From Paraspadella gotoi (Eukaryota > Animalia > Chaetognatha): a stretch of 64,000 nt of DNA. The notes below the pieces were generated by a model. It was not told the DNA's origin, did not search any database, and saw nothing but the letters and a program-made list of their open reading frames with translations. Position numbers and translations under genes: made by a program. The first letter of the stretch is position 1; the number at the start of each line of letters is the position of its first letter. The DNA is taken from contig CM119264.1 of the NCBI GenBank assembly GCA_051294375.1, positions 5,087,174-5,151,173 of the forward strand, in the 5' to 3' direction. Shown one piece after another: positions 14,035 to 26,500 of this stretch.

Positions 14035-14250
14035 AATGAAATGGGGCTTCCCTGGGGGCAAATAGCGCCGAAATGGAGGCGTTTCTGGTAAAATAAGGCC
14101 GAAATGGGGTATTCTGAGAAAACATGTCGAATGGAGTTCCGGAAAAATAAGGCCAACATGAGGGCGTTCTTGAAAAAAAGACGAAATGCAGGTGTTTTGG
14201 AAAAAATATGGTTGAAATGGGGATTTCATGGGAAAATTAGGCCAGCCAAA
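14035..14250. repeat. imperfect tandem repeat, ~30-40 bp unit (GAAAAATAAGGCCGAAATGGGG-like)
   Basis: GAAATGG and AAAATAAGGCC recur about 6 times. Confidence 0.55.
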
Positions 14251-15950
14251 AATGTTTTCTTCTTTTTTTTCGTGAATAGAAAATTAATTCCTCATTTTTT
14301 GCTTTTGTGTTTGTTTTTTATCCTTTTTTTTTGTTTTTGGTTTGTTTTATTAAAAACTTTGCAAAAAATTAGTTTCGGTTCCAATTATTCAAACTCTCTG
14401 ACAAGTGTTAAATGATAGAAAACGGCCCCGAACCAGCCCCACCGCCAAAACTCGATCCTACCCTCTCGCACCTATGACAGGTCCATGACCCGACCTTAAT
14501 CGTGCATCGTCCCTCATCATTTGCCCCGCCGGTGGGAGCGGCGGGGGGGGGGCGCGCCAGCAATACAGCTCGCTAAAATTAGCGTGATTTTTTGTTTTTT
14601 TTGAGTCTCTTTCCCCTTTTACTTACTTTTCCATTATTTCTTCTTTCCTTATTCTATCCCTCACACTTATTTTTTTTCCCTGTACTTCAATTTCACTTTT
14701 TATTAAATTCTAACTAACTTATTAATTTCTTTAGTTAACGGGATTATTTTCAGTTTATGTTTTAAGTTTCTTCCCTCACCCCAATGGCACAAAAATACTC
14801 ATTTTTCCCAGGGCGGAGAGTCAGACGTATGTGGAAGGTGGGGCCGGTTATCTGTTTTTGTTGTTCTAATCTTTTTTTTACAAATTATATCTCTCGTGTG
14901 TTGGGGTTGGGTAACAAGTATGCTGATGTATTGTTTAAGAGCAAAAAAAAAATTTTGTGCTGTTGGCTCTCTTCTCTCTCCTCACTCTCCCGCACTTCAT
15001 TTTTTTTTTTTCTCAATAGGACCTTGTTACTCATTTCTACTCTTTCTTTTCCTATTCTCTTCTTGTGGCCGATTGTTCCCTCATTGTTTCCTGGTTTCAT
15101 TAATACATAATTTTCTATTTTTATACAAACAATAACGTTTTTTTTTAATCACATTCTTGTAACATGAATGAAGCCTAACATATCTAGGCGACCTGCATTT
15201 AATAGAAACCTACGTTGTTCGTTAAACCACTAATACACTTCTTTTAGGGTTTTAATTTCAAAACGAAACGGGAAAAAGAATTTAATCAGATAACAGATTA
15301 CTACATACATATACTAACTTGTGGGATCTTTATAGTTTTTTCCTTTTCTGTTTCGGTTTGTGGGATTTGGGATTTAGGGAAACAAAGTTTGGAAGAGAGT
15401 TTACATGAAATAAGAAAATCGTCTGCTTAAATCTTCTCAACTTGTTCTCATATACTACATATTCTAAATATAAGAAAGATAATATTTCCCGACAAAACAT
15501 TATAATAATAATAGAATACTCTGTGTAATCGTCGTAATCTGGTAATCTCTCAAACAACGATTGCTATCTCTTGACACCTTAGTCTGAAAGAGAGATAAAC
15601 CGTAGTAAGAGAGAGAGCAGAGAGAGAAGAGATAGAGCGTTTTTGTTGGAGAAGAGAAGAGAAGGAGAGAGAGACGAAGAGAGAGGAGGAGAGAGAGGAG
15701 CGAGCTCCACAACTTTCAGTATCCGAGCACGCCTCGGTAATGTCCAGAAAAGAAAGCTTAACACAAAAGTGGGATTTGCGAAGTCGCAAATGAACATCTC
15801 TGTCCCCGGCCATCCTCAATTAATGTTGACTATCTTTCTACTCTCCGCTTGTCTCAGGTCGTCACTCTCCTCAATTGTTCACTCTCTCTCTTCCTCTTTC
15901 TCTCTCTCAAAAACTTACTTCAACAGAGACAAATATTGAGTTGTCTACAA

Positions 15951-15996
15951 CACTCGATGAAGGCTCTAATAATGAAAGAGCCCGAAACATGTCTGA
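15951..15996 (+). ncRNA. minimal type I hammerhead motif, degenerate (Penelope pLTR-type)
   Basis: CTCGATGA-A-GGCTC-taataatgaaa-GAGCC-CGAAACATGTC, downstream of a CT microsatellite and followed by AATAATCGTTG. Confidence 0.55.
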
Positions 15997-18720
15997 CTAA
16001 AAATTGTGTAAATAATCGTTGTCAAACAAAACTGTTTTTCCTAAAATATGTTATTAAAAATTGGCAATGTCTTCAGCGTCAAAAATGAAAAAAAGGTCAA
16101 AATTTTCTTCTTCTTATTTATTATTAATTATTACTGGTACAACCAATATACCAATACAACCAATATATAAAACTTTTTAATCATTTTTCATAGCTTTAAC
16201 TAAAAATATTATAACATATTTTACAAAGGTTTTTTCAGTTTTTTTTCCGGCAAATTCAAAACTTTTCTTAAAATTTAAAAAATATGATTTGAAATTTTAT
16301 ATTTTTAGAAAGATATAACTATAGAAAAATTCAATTTATGATATTGTTATACAAAGGCAGCCAAAAAATATTGTTCAATCGCTCAATCTTTTATGAAAGT
16401 TGCAAAATTTTATTTTTTTTTAGATTTAAAATAACTAATATATGATTTATTTATTTGTTAAATATTTTTGTATTAAACAAACATTTAAATATATTATTTT
16501 TTATCTGTTTGGGATTGGGACGTTAGTGTTGTCTTCTGGAAATAGAGGGTGCATCTACACAACAACAGGTTAGATTACTTTCTGTTCCAGTTTTCTAATA
16601 GATAGTACATCCTTCCTGTTGGAAAATCATTAATGAGAAAACTCATATATCTACAAGGCCGAACAAAAAAGGGGGATGAAAAATTTTGGGGGGATTAAGA
16701 TTATTTTTACCATAATACCATCATAACATTATTTTTATAGTTTTTGCTAATTTTAACCAATAAAACATAAAATTTAAAAATTTTGTAATAATATTTTTTT
16801 TTCAATACTCCATTAATAATATAATTTTTTAGATTTAGATTATCAAAAACAAAAATTAATAAAAATTATTAATAAATATGGAAAATATAGAATTTTTAAT
16901 GTATAATTTTAATGAATTTTATAAAATCTAAGACTTAAAATAGTGAAACAAGTAATTTTGCAATTTCCGTTGGTCCGTATATAACTAAAATTTTAAAATT
17001 GGTTGTACCAAGTTCATTCTGTTTGAGTACTTAATAGTTGTAATGGAGCAAATACTGCTTCGTGATAGCCATAGATTAACCAAATTTATACCAATAGTTT
17101 TTTTTTCTATAAATTTTATTCACTTATAATATCTTTCATTTTAAAGGAATCTAACTTGATTTATTTTTATAATGCTTTTGGGTATTTTTTTCACAGGACA
17201 GTATATTTTTAAGCTGGAAATTTAAAATCTGCGTCTTAAATATAGTTTTTTATATTTTTGACCAACTTAATAAAATAATTTTTAAAAAAGAATTAAATTT
17301 TTGCAAAGAATCCAAATCCGATCTTAAAATTTAGATATTTGCATTTTAAAATTGTAGCCTATTATATACTTATTACTATATATAAATATAGCTCACTGGT
17401 GCCCACTAATGTATAAAATTAAAAAAATGATTTTTACTTTTATGTTTTATATGCTACTATACACTAAATACACACCCTTGCCTCAGGCGAGGATCACGGA
17501 CACAGGGAGGCCCCAGTGAAGAGAGAAAAAAAGAAGGAAAGAAAAGAAGAAAAACCATATAACAGTATCTCTATTGCCGTTCATGGTTAAAAATAAACGC
17601 TAAATCTCATCTAGTCAGAGGGTTTAACAAATTTAGACTAGAGGAGAGGCAGAATGATTCTGGTTTTTAAAAAAATCAGTAAAACGCCAATGTCAGGTTG
17701 CAAGTCCTGGAGGCAGAAGTTTGATCACTGGAGGAATTTTCAAGGCAGAAAGTTGGTAATCGAAAACTAAAAACTAAAATTATGGAGAGCGGGGGGGGGG
17801 CGGCCAGGAGGCTATTTCTCTCGCCGCCCCTGGCGGTGACTCATACAATAGAGCAAATTCCAGCATTCACAGTAATGAGTTTAGATTTCCTCTGCACTCA
17901 AACAGGGAGATAAAAAAATTACCACGACGGGTCACAAAATACAAAGACTTCGTCGTTGTATTCGTCGTCGTCGTCTCTGTTCAAATCGTTTGAGCTCCGA
18001 AAATATATACTATATGATAGAGGGGTGTAGAGCGAAAATTAAATAAAAGGAATATGCATGATCTCACTTCGGCCCGTTCAACCTTTTTAGAGTTCTCACT
18101 TTTGATAAACAACCTTTATTTTCTTACCAATTCGCGCCCTCTTTTGTCAGTCTCGAGCTTCTTTCTTCGAAACAGACCAAAGATCATCTGTAGGCGTCGC
18201 GTCGCCTCTCTCTCTCGAAAGAGCAAAAATGTTCCGACTTTTTTTATCGTTTTTTTTTTCCTTAAAAATATTTCGGATTTATTTTCACGATCATTTAACA
18301 AAAAGTTTTTTTTTCTCTTTGGCGACCATCTTAAACTTTTACATTGCGTTTTGCAAAGCAAGTGACACCAAAGCAATAATTAATCTCAAAATTCTATTTT
18401 CAGTTTGATTTTTATTTCTTTTGTACTGTTTATTAAATTTTATCCTAATGTTAGTATGTAATGATGACAAAAAAATATATAGCATTATATAGGAATCAAG
18501 AATTTTAATCACCCTAAATATTACTTTGCTGTCACTTGTTTTGAAGTACATCGAGAGTCTATAGAATATTAATTCATTGCGCTAAAGTGAGTAATCTGAC
18601 TAATTTACAGTCAAAAGAATTTATCTTAAGCTGACCCTAAGCATGACGACGCTGTTTTTTAAACATGCGGGCGACGCCCAACAACCTTGGAGCTTGTTTT
18701 TCCGCAGAAATAAATTCTAG

Positions 18721-19094
18721 ATGGATTTCAAACTCATCAACGCAATCGTCGTGGTCGTCATGACGACGGATATTTGTTTTGGTCTGACGTCGAAGGAATT
18801 AAAGAGAGACGCGGGTTGGTTCGAAGAGGAGGCCGAGGATTTGCTGGGTGAGTGTCGGTTGGAGGGGGAATTTGGGTTGGTTCGTGGGAGAGGTGAGTTT
18901 CATTGAAAATGGGTCATTTAAGGGGGCGCTGTATGAGTTTACAGTATCTAGTTTTTCGAGAGGCAAATTTTCAACTCCCGGAAGTCCCGGTTTTACATCT
19001 AAACCTAATGATCTATTTTGCAGATGGATTAGAAAGACTAAGAAATCGGATCCATCTTTTGCTTATGGAAGAAAAAATTCAGTACCAACCTCAT
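18721..19094 (+). CDS. first coding exons (18721-18847, 19024-19094) of a putative secreted precursor protein
   Basis: Acceptor TTCCGCAG at 18707 then ATG. MDFKLINAIVVVVMTTDICFG looks like a signal peptide and is followed by ELKR. Consensus GTGAGT donors at 18848 and 19095, TTTTGCAG acceptor at 19023. The phase-1 join is open: ...EEEAEDLLDGLERLRNRIHLLLMEEKIQYQPH. Confidence 0.65.
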
Positions 19095-19133
19095 GTGAGT
19101 GCGTGAATTAGAGAGAGAAACAAAAAGTATTAT

Positions 19134-19375
19134 AATTTATATAGTTTAAGGAAATATTTTTAATTGCCGAGACAACGATTTTTATTGTTATTAAAACAGT
19201 ACATGTTTCGGCTCTTTAATTCGAGCCTTCATCAGCATTTTGATGAAGGCTCGAATTAAATAGCCGAAACGTACTGTTTTAATAACATTAAAAATCGTCG
19301 TCTCGGCAATTAAAAATATTTCCTTAAATTCAAACTCACAACGAAAAGAGAGNNNNNNNNNNCAATTTATATAGT
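19134..19375. mobile_element. head-to-head inverted Penelope-like pLTR fragments with hammerhead motifs and a 12-bp TSD
   Basis: Arms 19145-19234 and 19241-19328 are near-perfect inverted repeats. The minus strand of the left arm reads CTGATGA-A-GGCTC-gaattaaa-GAGCC-GAAACATGTA. AATTTATATAGT occurs at 19134-19145 and 19364-19375. Confidence 0.75.
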
Positions 19376-20552
19376 ATATGTAATTATGTATTTAAATATT
19401 CTATGTATCTTAGTATCATACAAATTGTCATAGTCAAAAAGTGAGAAATTAGTTTTTCTTTAATTTTTCGTTATATCAGCTGATGATTTTTTAAAACATG
19501 TATTATCTTTCGTATTTTGTAAAGAATTTTAAATGAATGTTTTCAATCAACCTCCTGGCAGAACAAAAACGATAAAGAAAGAGAATTCTCGGCAAATTTT
19601 TATGCTCGACGGTCAGAAACGAGGTGAGAAAAAGAGGAATGGTAAGGTGAGGTAAGGTACAGGTAATGTTAAAGAGGGAAAGGAATGGGTTTGAATTATG
19701 CTAAAAACAACTTTGTAAAAACAGGACATTATTAAAAGTAACAAAGATGGGTGTGCGACGATGAGTATTGATCAATTTATCTGATCATATGATCATGATA
19801 GCTACGTCAATACTCCAGATGATCTATGGTGATTATTGATGAAAATGCTTATGAGTAAATCTACAGCGCGACAGAGATATATGTTTTAAGTATATCTCTC
19901 GCGACAATGGTCCTAGTCGTAGTAAAGCGGTGAACACAATACAATGAAGAGACTTGATTCGGTGAAACCAAACGAAGTGTAAAAAGAAGAAGAGAAAGAT
20001 GGAAATAAAAAGATCACTGAAAAATAAAACATTGCTGAGTCGAGACTCGAGACACGTCCTATTTCTAAATCTATAAAATTCGATAGCAAAATTGACGCTA
20101 ATATAGCTGTAGTTATCGACTATGGGTATTTTTGCCCCTAATGACGGTTGCCAGGTCGACGCCCGACGCTTGCTAAGGAAAATCCGTTGCTAAACCGGTC
20201 GCCGTAGCTCCAAACTCAAACCACCATTGATCTTCATTCTTCTTAACCGTAGCACGGGGAAAATGTTTTGAAAAAGATGTTGCCCTCGCTTTCTATCTCT
20301 CGCTGCTTTGCCTAATATCAAATATTTTCCTCAAGGTTTTTCATTTCATTTTTTTAAATGCGTTTTGGAGTTACAATTGCACATTGTAAAACCGAACAAT
20401 GGTTTCTCGACCCTGCTTTCCGACCTCGATCGTACCTTTAAACTTCTGTTATAAATTGAGGATAAAATTTCATTTACAAATGTGTATTCGTCTAATTCAG
20501 TGAACAAAAATCTACGAGTAGTGCAGCGATACTCTCGTGTTACATCTGTTCT

Positions 20553-20557
<5 letters not shown>

Positions 20558-20651
<94 letters not shown>

Positions 20652-22282
20652 CTCTTCCGCAGGATCGGGGCGAAGATTGCAAATATTTTGCCATCTTTTT
20701 GTTTTTTCTTAAGAACCCCATTATGAAGATTTTCTCCTCACTCTCAAATCTCTGCTCTTCTTCTCTCTTTCTCTTTCCTCTACGTCTCTCTCTTGTCTCT
20801 CTCTCTCTCTCTCTCTTCTTGATTTTCCTCTCTGATTTAGTGAAAAAATTGGAAAAAACAGAAAATGGGATAAAATTGGGTCCCGCCTTTGGAATATTTT
20901 CTTTTTTTTTCCTGTGGAAAGAGGAACGAAAATGCCGGTTTCCTGTAAATACACATAAGCAATTTTCTCCTCTGTGCAGGTACTTTCAATTTCTTCCGAT
21001 CTACTTTCCTCCATCCATAACTCAATTTTACTTCGGCCGTTAGAGGCATGGAGCGGGAAAGAGCGATGGCCGAGCTAATATCATTTACTCCGCCGGGAGA
21101 GTTAATTTTAATCCGCTCTCGCCCAGGAGGGGGAGGTGAAAAAAAGAGAAAATGAAAGCCTCTCGCAAAAGGCGAAAAGGAACAAAGGGGGAAAAAGTTT
21201 GTTTTAAAGATGAAAAGCGATTAGGAAAAGAAAAGATAGTTAATTTCCCGACTAAATACAACTGATAGGGAGAAAGAGAAAGAAAAGACAAAACGGAGAT
21301 CTGAAAAATATGATTACGCACCATACGTACGTGGAGCATTACACTTTCTCTATCGCTTTTCCTCCCAAAATCGGTTTCTTACCAAAAACAATTGTTGACA
21401 CTTGTGATTAGAAAGATTGCCATGTACAAACTTATGCAAACTTGAAGGGCGCAGGAAAAGCTACTTTTGCCAACAATTAGCTACAATTACCTCTTTTTGT
21501 CTAAGTAGTTTACGATCGTGATTGCATATTTTCTTTAAAAAGTAGGATCTCTCTCTCTCTCTTCCTCTCTCTCTCTTCTACCTGTCTCTCTCATCGTCCT
21601 TCTCTCTCTCTCTTCTCTCTCCCTTTTCCTCTCTTTTTTCTCTACAGATTTCACTTTTGTCCCCTCTTTTCTTCGCCCTCATAGGAAGAGAGAGAGAGAG
21701 AGAAAAGGCGCGAATTAATTCTTTCGGCGGAAACGGCGTCGTAACGAGAACGCCAACGATCGAATTTTCCTGTTTTAAGGAGGGAATTTCTTTTTTCTTT
21801 TTTTCTTTTTTTTTCTTTTTAGCGACCAAATCAAAAACTTTTTTATGAGTTAAGAAGGGAAAAGCGGGGGGGCGGGGCACGGGGAGGCGCGGGGGAAATA
21901 AAAGTGCAAAAGACGATTCTAAGGAGGAACGGAAAGTAAAAAGCTGAAAGTCTTTCTCTTTTCATTTTTTTCTTTCCTTTATCCTTTATTTAAAGCAGCT
22001 TGTTTATAGACTTCCTCCTTTCTTCTCTCAATCAACCCCCCCCAATGCCGGTTCCATCCCGGAGGGTCCGCCACCTTTTTAACTTTAATTTGAAGCGGCG
22101 AGCTTCTTTTCCTCCTCCGCCGCTCCGGACGAATCTTCGCAATAAAATTTCCTCTTAATTATAATAAATTTCTCTTTGGTCCCTTTTTATTCTCTACGAA
22201 TCCTCGTCGCCCCTGAGAAAATGCGAGTAAAGCGTGTAGAGTCATCTCTCTGCTCTCCTCTCTCTCTCTCTCTCCCTCTCTC

Positions 22283-22333
<51 letters not shown>

Positions 22334-22921
22334 GGTCCCCCGTTTGCTCAGTCGCTAACGCCTCCTCATCCTCTAATGTATTTACTTATGTCATTAATGA
22401 ATGACAGGTTTCCGTCGTCGTCGTCGCGTCTTCCTGTTCCGTAATTTGGTTCTCTCTGGAGTTGAACCGAGACGGGAATTTAAATTAATCTTTTTTTTTT
22501 CTTTAAAAAAAAAAGACGCATTTAAATTTAATCTGCAAAAAAAAGACGGTTGCTACTATACACATATACAAAGCTTTGGGAAAGTGGAATATTTCCACGT
22601 ATTCAATTATCTTTCCCATAATAGGAATCGAATATCAAGGAAAGAAAGAGAAGCCTTCGGCTTCGGGTTTCGTGACGAGGAATTGAGAAAAAATCCGATC
22701 CGAAAAAATAATTTGACAAGAAAGAGAAAAAATTAAGGAGGAGAAAGTTTAATTTATGTAATTCGGTTGCGTGTTTTTTGTTTTGTTTTATATGTATTTA
22801 CGAATTAAGGAACGTTATAAAAGGGATTGGAAAAAATATATCTAATAGCAGGAAATGGAAAATGAGTATGAGGGGGTTATGAAAGAGAGAGAGAGAGAGA
22901 GAGGATGAGATGAGAGATGAT

Positions 22922-22955
<34 letters not shown>

Positions 22956-23525
22956 AGAATTTGAATGAATTGTTATTAAGAAACGGCTGGCCACATGCCC
23001 CAAAAGCTACATCAATTACAAATGAGAGAGGGAGGGAGAGGGAGAGAGAGAGAGGATCGAATGCGTACCGTCGGCGGTCGGACGTAGACGCGGGTGGCGT
23101 CAGTTGATAGGCGTGATGTACCCTGAATGTGAAGGAAGCCGTCGAGGAAGAGAGAGGAAGACGAGAAGAGGGCGCCGGCATGCCAAGCGGCGAGGCAGAG
23201 CTAGGGATGACCATGAGGAGGGACAACGATCTGGCTGAGAGAGTGGAGAGAGATAAAATGCTCGTTATAGGGTATGTGTTTATTCCTTACTCATCCCAGC
23301 CTGAGCTTTAAAAAAGGAAAATGAAAAAAAGAAGAAGAAAAAATACTCCGAAGACTAGAACGTTCTCATCACGAAGGTGGCCCCCTATTTTTTAAAGAAT
23401 GTCAGAGCGCGCATATTCAAATCAAACAAATTTATTTTAACCTCCGATGAAGGACTCCTTCGGGGCTGTTTCTCTAAAACGAATAAAGAATAAGATAAGA
23501 ACCCTCTCTCTCTCTCTCTCTCTCC
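20558..23525. repeat. cluster of (CT)n/(GA)n microsatellites
   Basis: Tracts at ~20558-20650, 21548-21700, 22245-22332, 22883-22960 and 23503-23525 account for the SL/ER-repeat ORFs. Confidence 0.9.
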
Positions 23526-26500
23526 TCGTCTCGTGCATCCTCGCTCTCTGCGTTCGTCTGGCGGACCGTGCATCAGTATGCTCCTACCAGCGTGCTCAGC
23601 TCTCCTGGCGTCTCTTCTCTACTCTCCTCCTACGTGCGCGTTTACATACTATTCCTTATCGCGTTAGCATCTCACGAGAGTGTGGCGGAAGATATATTAA
23701 AAGTCTCCCGAGAATTCCTATAAAGCTCGATTGGAGAGAGTTTGACGCGGTGTGGAGACTCCTGACGGCGAGAGAATCCGTATAATAGCCGCCGATTTAA
23801 GATAAGAAAAGAAAATCGGGAAAAAGGAATTCTTTAGTTCTTCATCCGTGAAACTCGAGAGAAACACAGCTGAAGTATAAATAAATAATCGGTCTGAGGA
23901 GATCGGCAATCAGATGCATTTTGTCGTTGTTGGTCTCTCTCTGAATTTACGGAAAAGGAGAATCGGACGTGGCTGGGCCATTGTTGTGAACTAGGCATGG
24001 AACGGGGCGCTTGTTTCATAAAAGAGCCTTACTTCTCACTCTTCTCTATGAAGTGCGCTCCGTGCGCGAAATGACAGAGCGTAGTTTTATCACTCTCATC
24101 AAAAGCTTATTGGATATTTCTTTCGGGATGAAAATTGCTGGGTAGCTGGTCACAGGAATCCATTGGTCGAAAGGCTGGGTTGTGTCCAAAATATGTGTAC
24201 GTCATTCTCGAGTAATCTTAAAACCTCTCTCGGTCCTCGGCGCGATGGATAGCCTGTGGCGCCACGTATACACATTAATAGAAATTGATGTACTCTCTCG
24301 AGGCACGCAACGCTGTATACACAACCTACTCCACTCTCCCCTGGTATATCAAAAGCGTTCAGCGGATTACCGGGCATACCGACGGAGCAACTGCTCAAAC
24401 ACAGTGTATAAGGAAAGGAAAGAAACCCCAACTGTTTTCCTTTGGTTATATACGCGGAAAATGCAAGACCAAATCAGTCGCGCACGACACGGCAGTCGAG
24501 GAAGGTCGAGCAAAAACGAGACGAAACTTACTCACAGAGCAGGGGGCGGACTCGGGGCAGCGGGCGGCGGCGGCGTGGGTGTCACGTGAGATGGGCGGAG
24601 GGAGGCGCGCGGTCTGAATCCTGTGACCTCATCGGAGCGTATCTCATATATGTATTATATAAAATAAGATGGAGTGTGACCAGAAGACGCTTGGCATGCG
24701 CTCTGTCTCTATCTATCATATACGAAAGTAAATGGCGAAGCGGTGGGCGCAGGTTTGGGCGACGGGTGATGTGGCAGAGCTACGATGAGCGAGAAAGAGT
24801 GGGCGCTGAAGATGGTTTGAGGCAGCTGGAAAAAAGTATGCTATAAAATATATCTTATCAAGACGTCGGAGCCATAGAACCGGCATAATATAATATGCTG
24901 CATCTCGCACGAAATAGATGAATAGGCTCGTGACAACGCTCTACTTAATATATATGATAATATATGCAGATCACAAGGCTGAAAATTTGGGAGATGTCCG
25001 AGTTCCCAAATATCACTACGTTAGCTCGAATATACAATATATATTTTTGACGTGCGAATTTGATGCAACGGTGAGGCGGATATTTGTAACACGTGTCACT
25101 CACAAATATAATATATTATATGACAAAACTTAAGTCATGACCGTATATATATAATATCACTCTATATAATCTGAAAAAAATGGAAATTGTTCTAAATAAT
25201 CTATACTCTAATCTCTCTCCTGGTTGGGTGCTCGTGTATCTCTACTCTATCATCTACAACTTAAATATCAGAATATTATGAGCGTGCGTGGTTGGGGTTA
25301 TTATATCTCTATGGAAGACCTCATTGATGCGTTTTTGAGACTGCCGCTTACTATATATTGTTTTCGTTGTCGTTGAGAAGACTGACGTCTGTCGTCGGTG
25401 GCTTGGAATTTAGTTCCGTGCTCCCATTTCTGTGTGGTCTGCTCTCCTCTTCTCTCATAATATCCGTTAATCTCTAAAATCTATATGAAAGTGGGAAATA
25501 AATATCCTCTGAATGTTTCTGTTGTCTGAGAGGAATATAAAGCCAAATATGCTATTCCTCATCTGTAATATCTATATATATATATCTAATAATTAGAGTT
25601 ATTCTATAATCTTAATTAATGGGCTCTAAAAAAATCAAGGTTGGTCGATGAGTATATAATATCTTATACTCTACTGGAGGACCAAGCTAAGCGTAAAGAG
25701 TAGGGGTAAATATATATATATATAAGAGAGATAAGGAGAGAGAGAGAAGGGCCGTCCAGACGAGGGCAACGACTAATGTGTCCGGAAGATATTGACGGAG
25801 GATTGGTCGGCCCGAGAGGGTACTATCGAGCAATGGCCCGGCCACTGTCGGTGATATATGGAGATGAGGTAGAGGTTCGGCCTTTGCTTCCGAGAGGTTG
25901 CCCGGCACAAGGCCGAGGATTATGGCTCTCTAAAATATGCCGAGATGGAAGCGGTAAATATGGCGGAAATGGCTGGAATGAGAGGCGATGAGGGGCACGA
26001 GAGCGAAAGAAAAGATACCTGCCCATTGCTTCCCTAAATTGGCCACTCTGTCAGGCACTATGATGCCTGTTTGGTCACTCTCAATATAATACTAGTATAA
26101 TACACAGGGCTGCGTAATATATAATAGCTGGAGCTCCGGGCGAACACGATTCTCTCTCGGAGGACGTATCTACACTACTTCCACGTCATGAGGCGTCACT
26201 AATAAAACTCTCCTAGAGGAGCCGCCGTCGTGATATGGGTGACCTGAGCAATAAAATAGAAATGGAGCTTCTTAAAGGGAGAGAGACGTCTCGAGATGCT
26301 GATTAAAAAGTGTTATTAGAAAAAGGGGAAATAGCAACGATGACTATAGTCGTGGCGGCCCATAGGCATCTCTCTCTCTCATGAGATCTGCAACGTGGAG
26401 AACTCAATGATAAGGTCATAGGATATGGTATCTCTAAATATAATATCTATAATATGAGTATGTAATGAGGAACGACAAATCTCGGGCGCTGGACACACGA

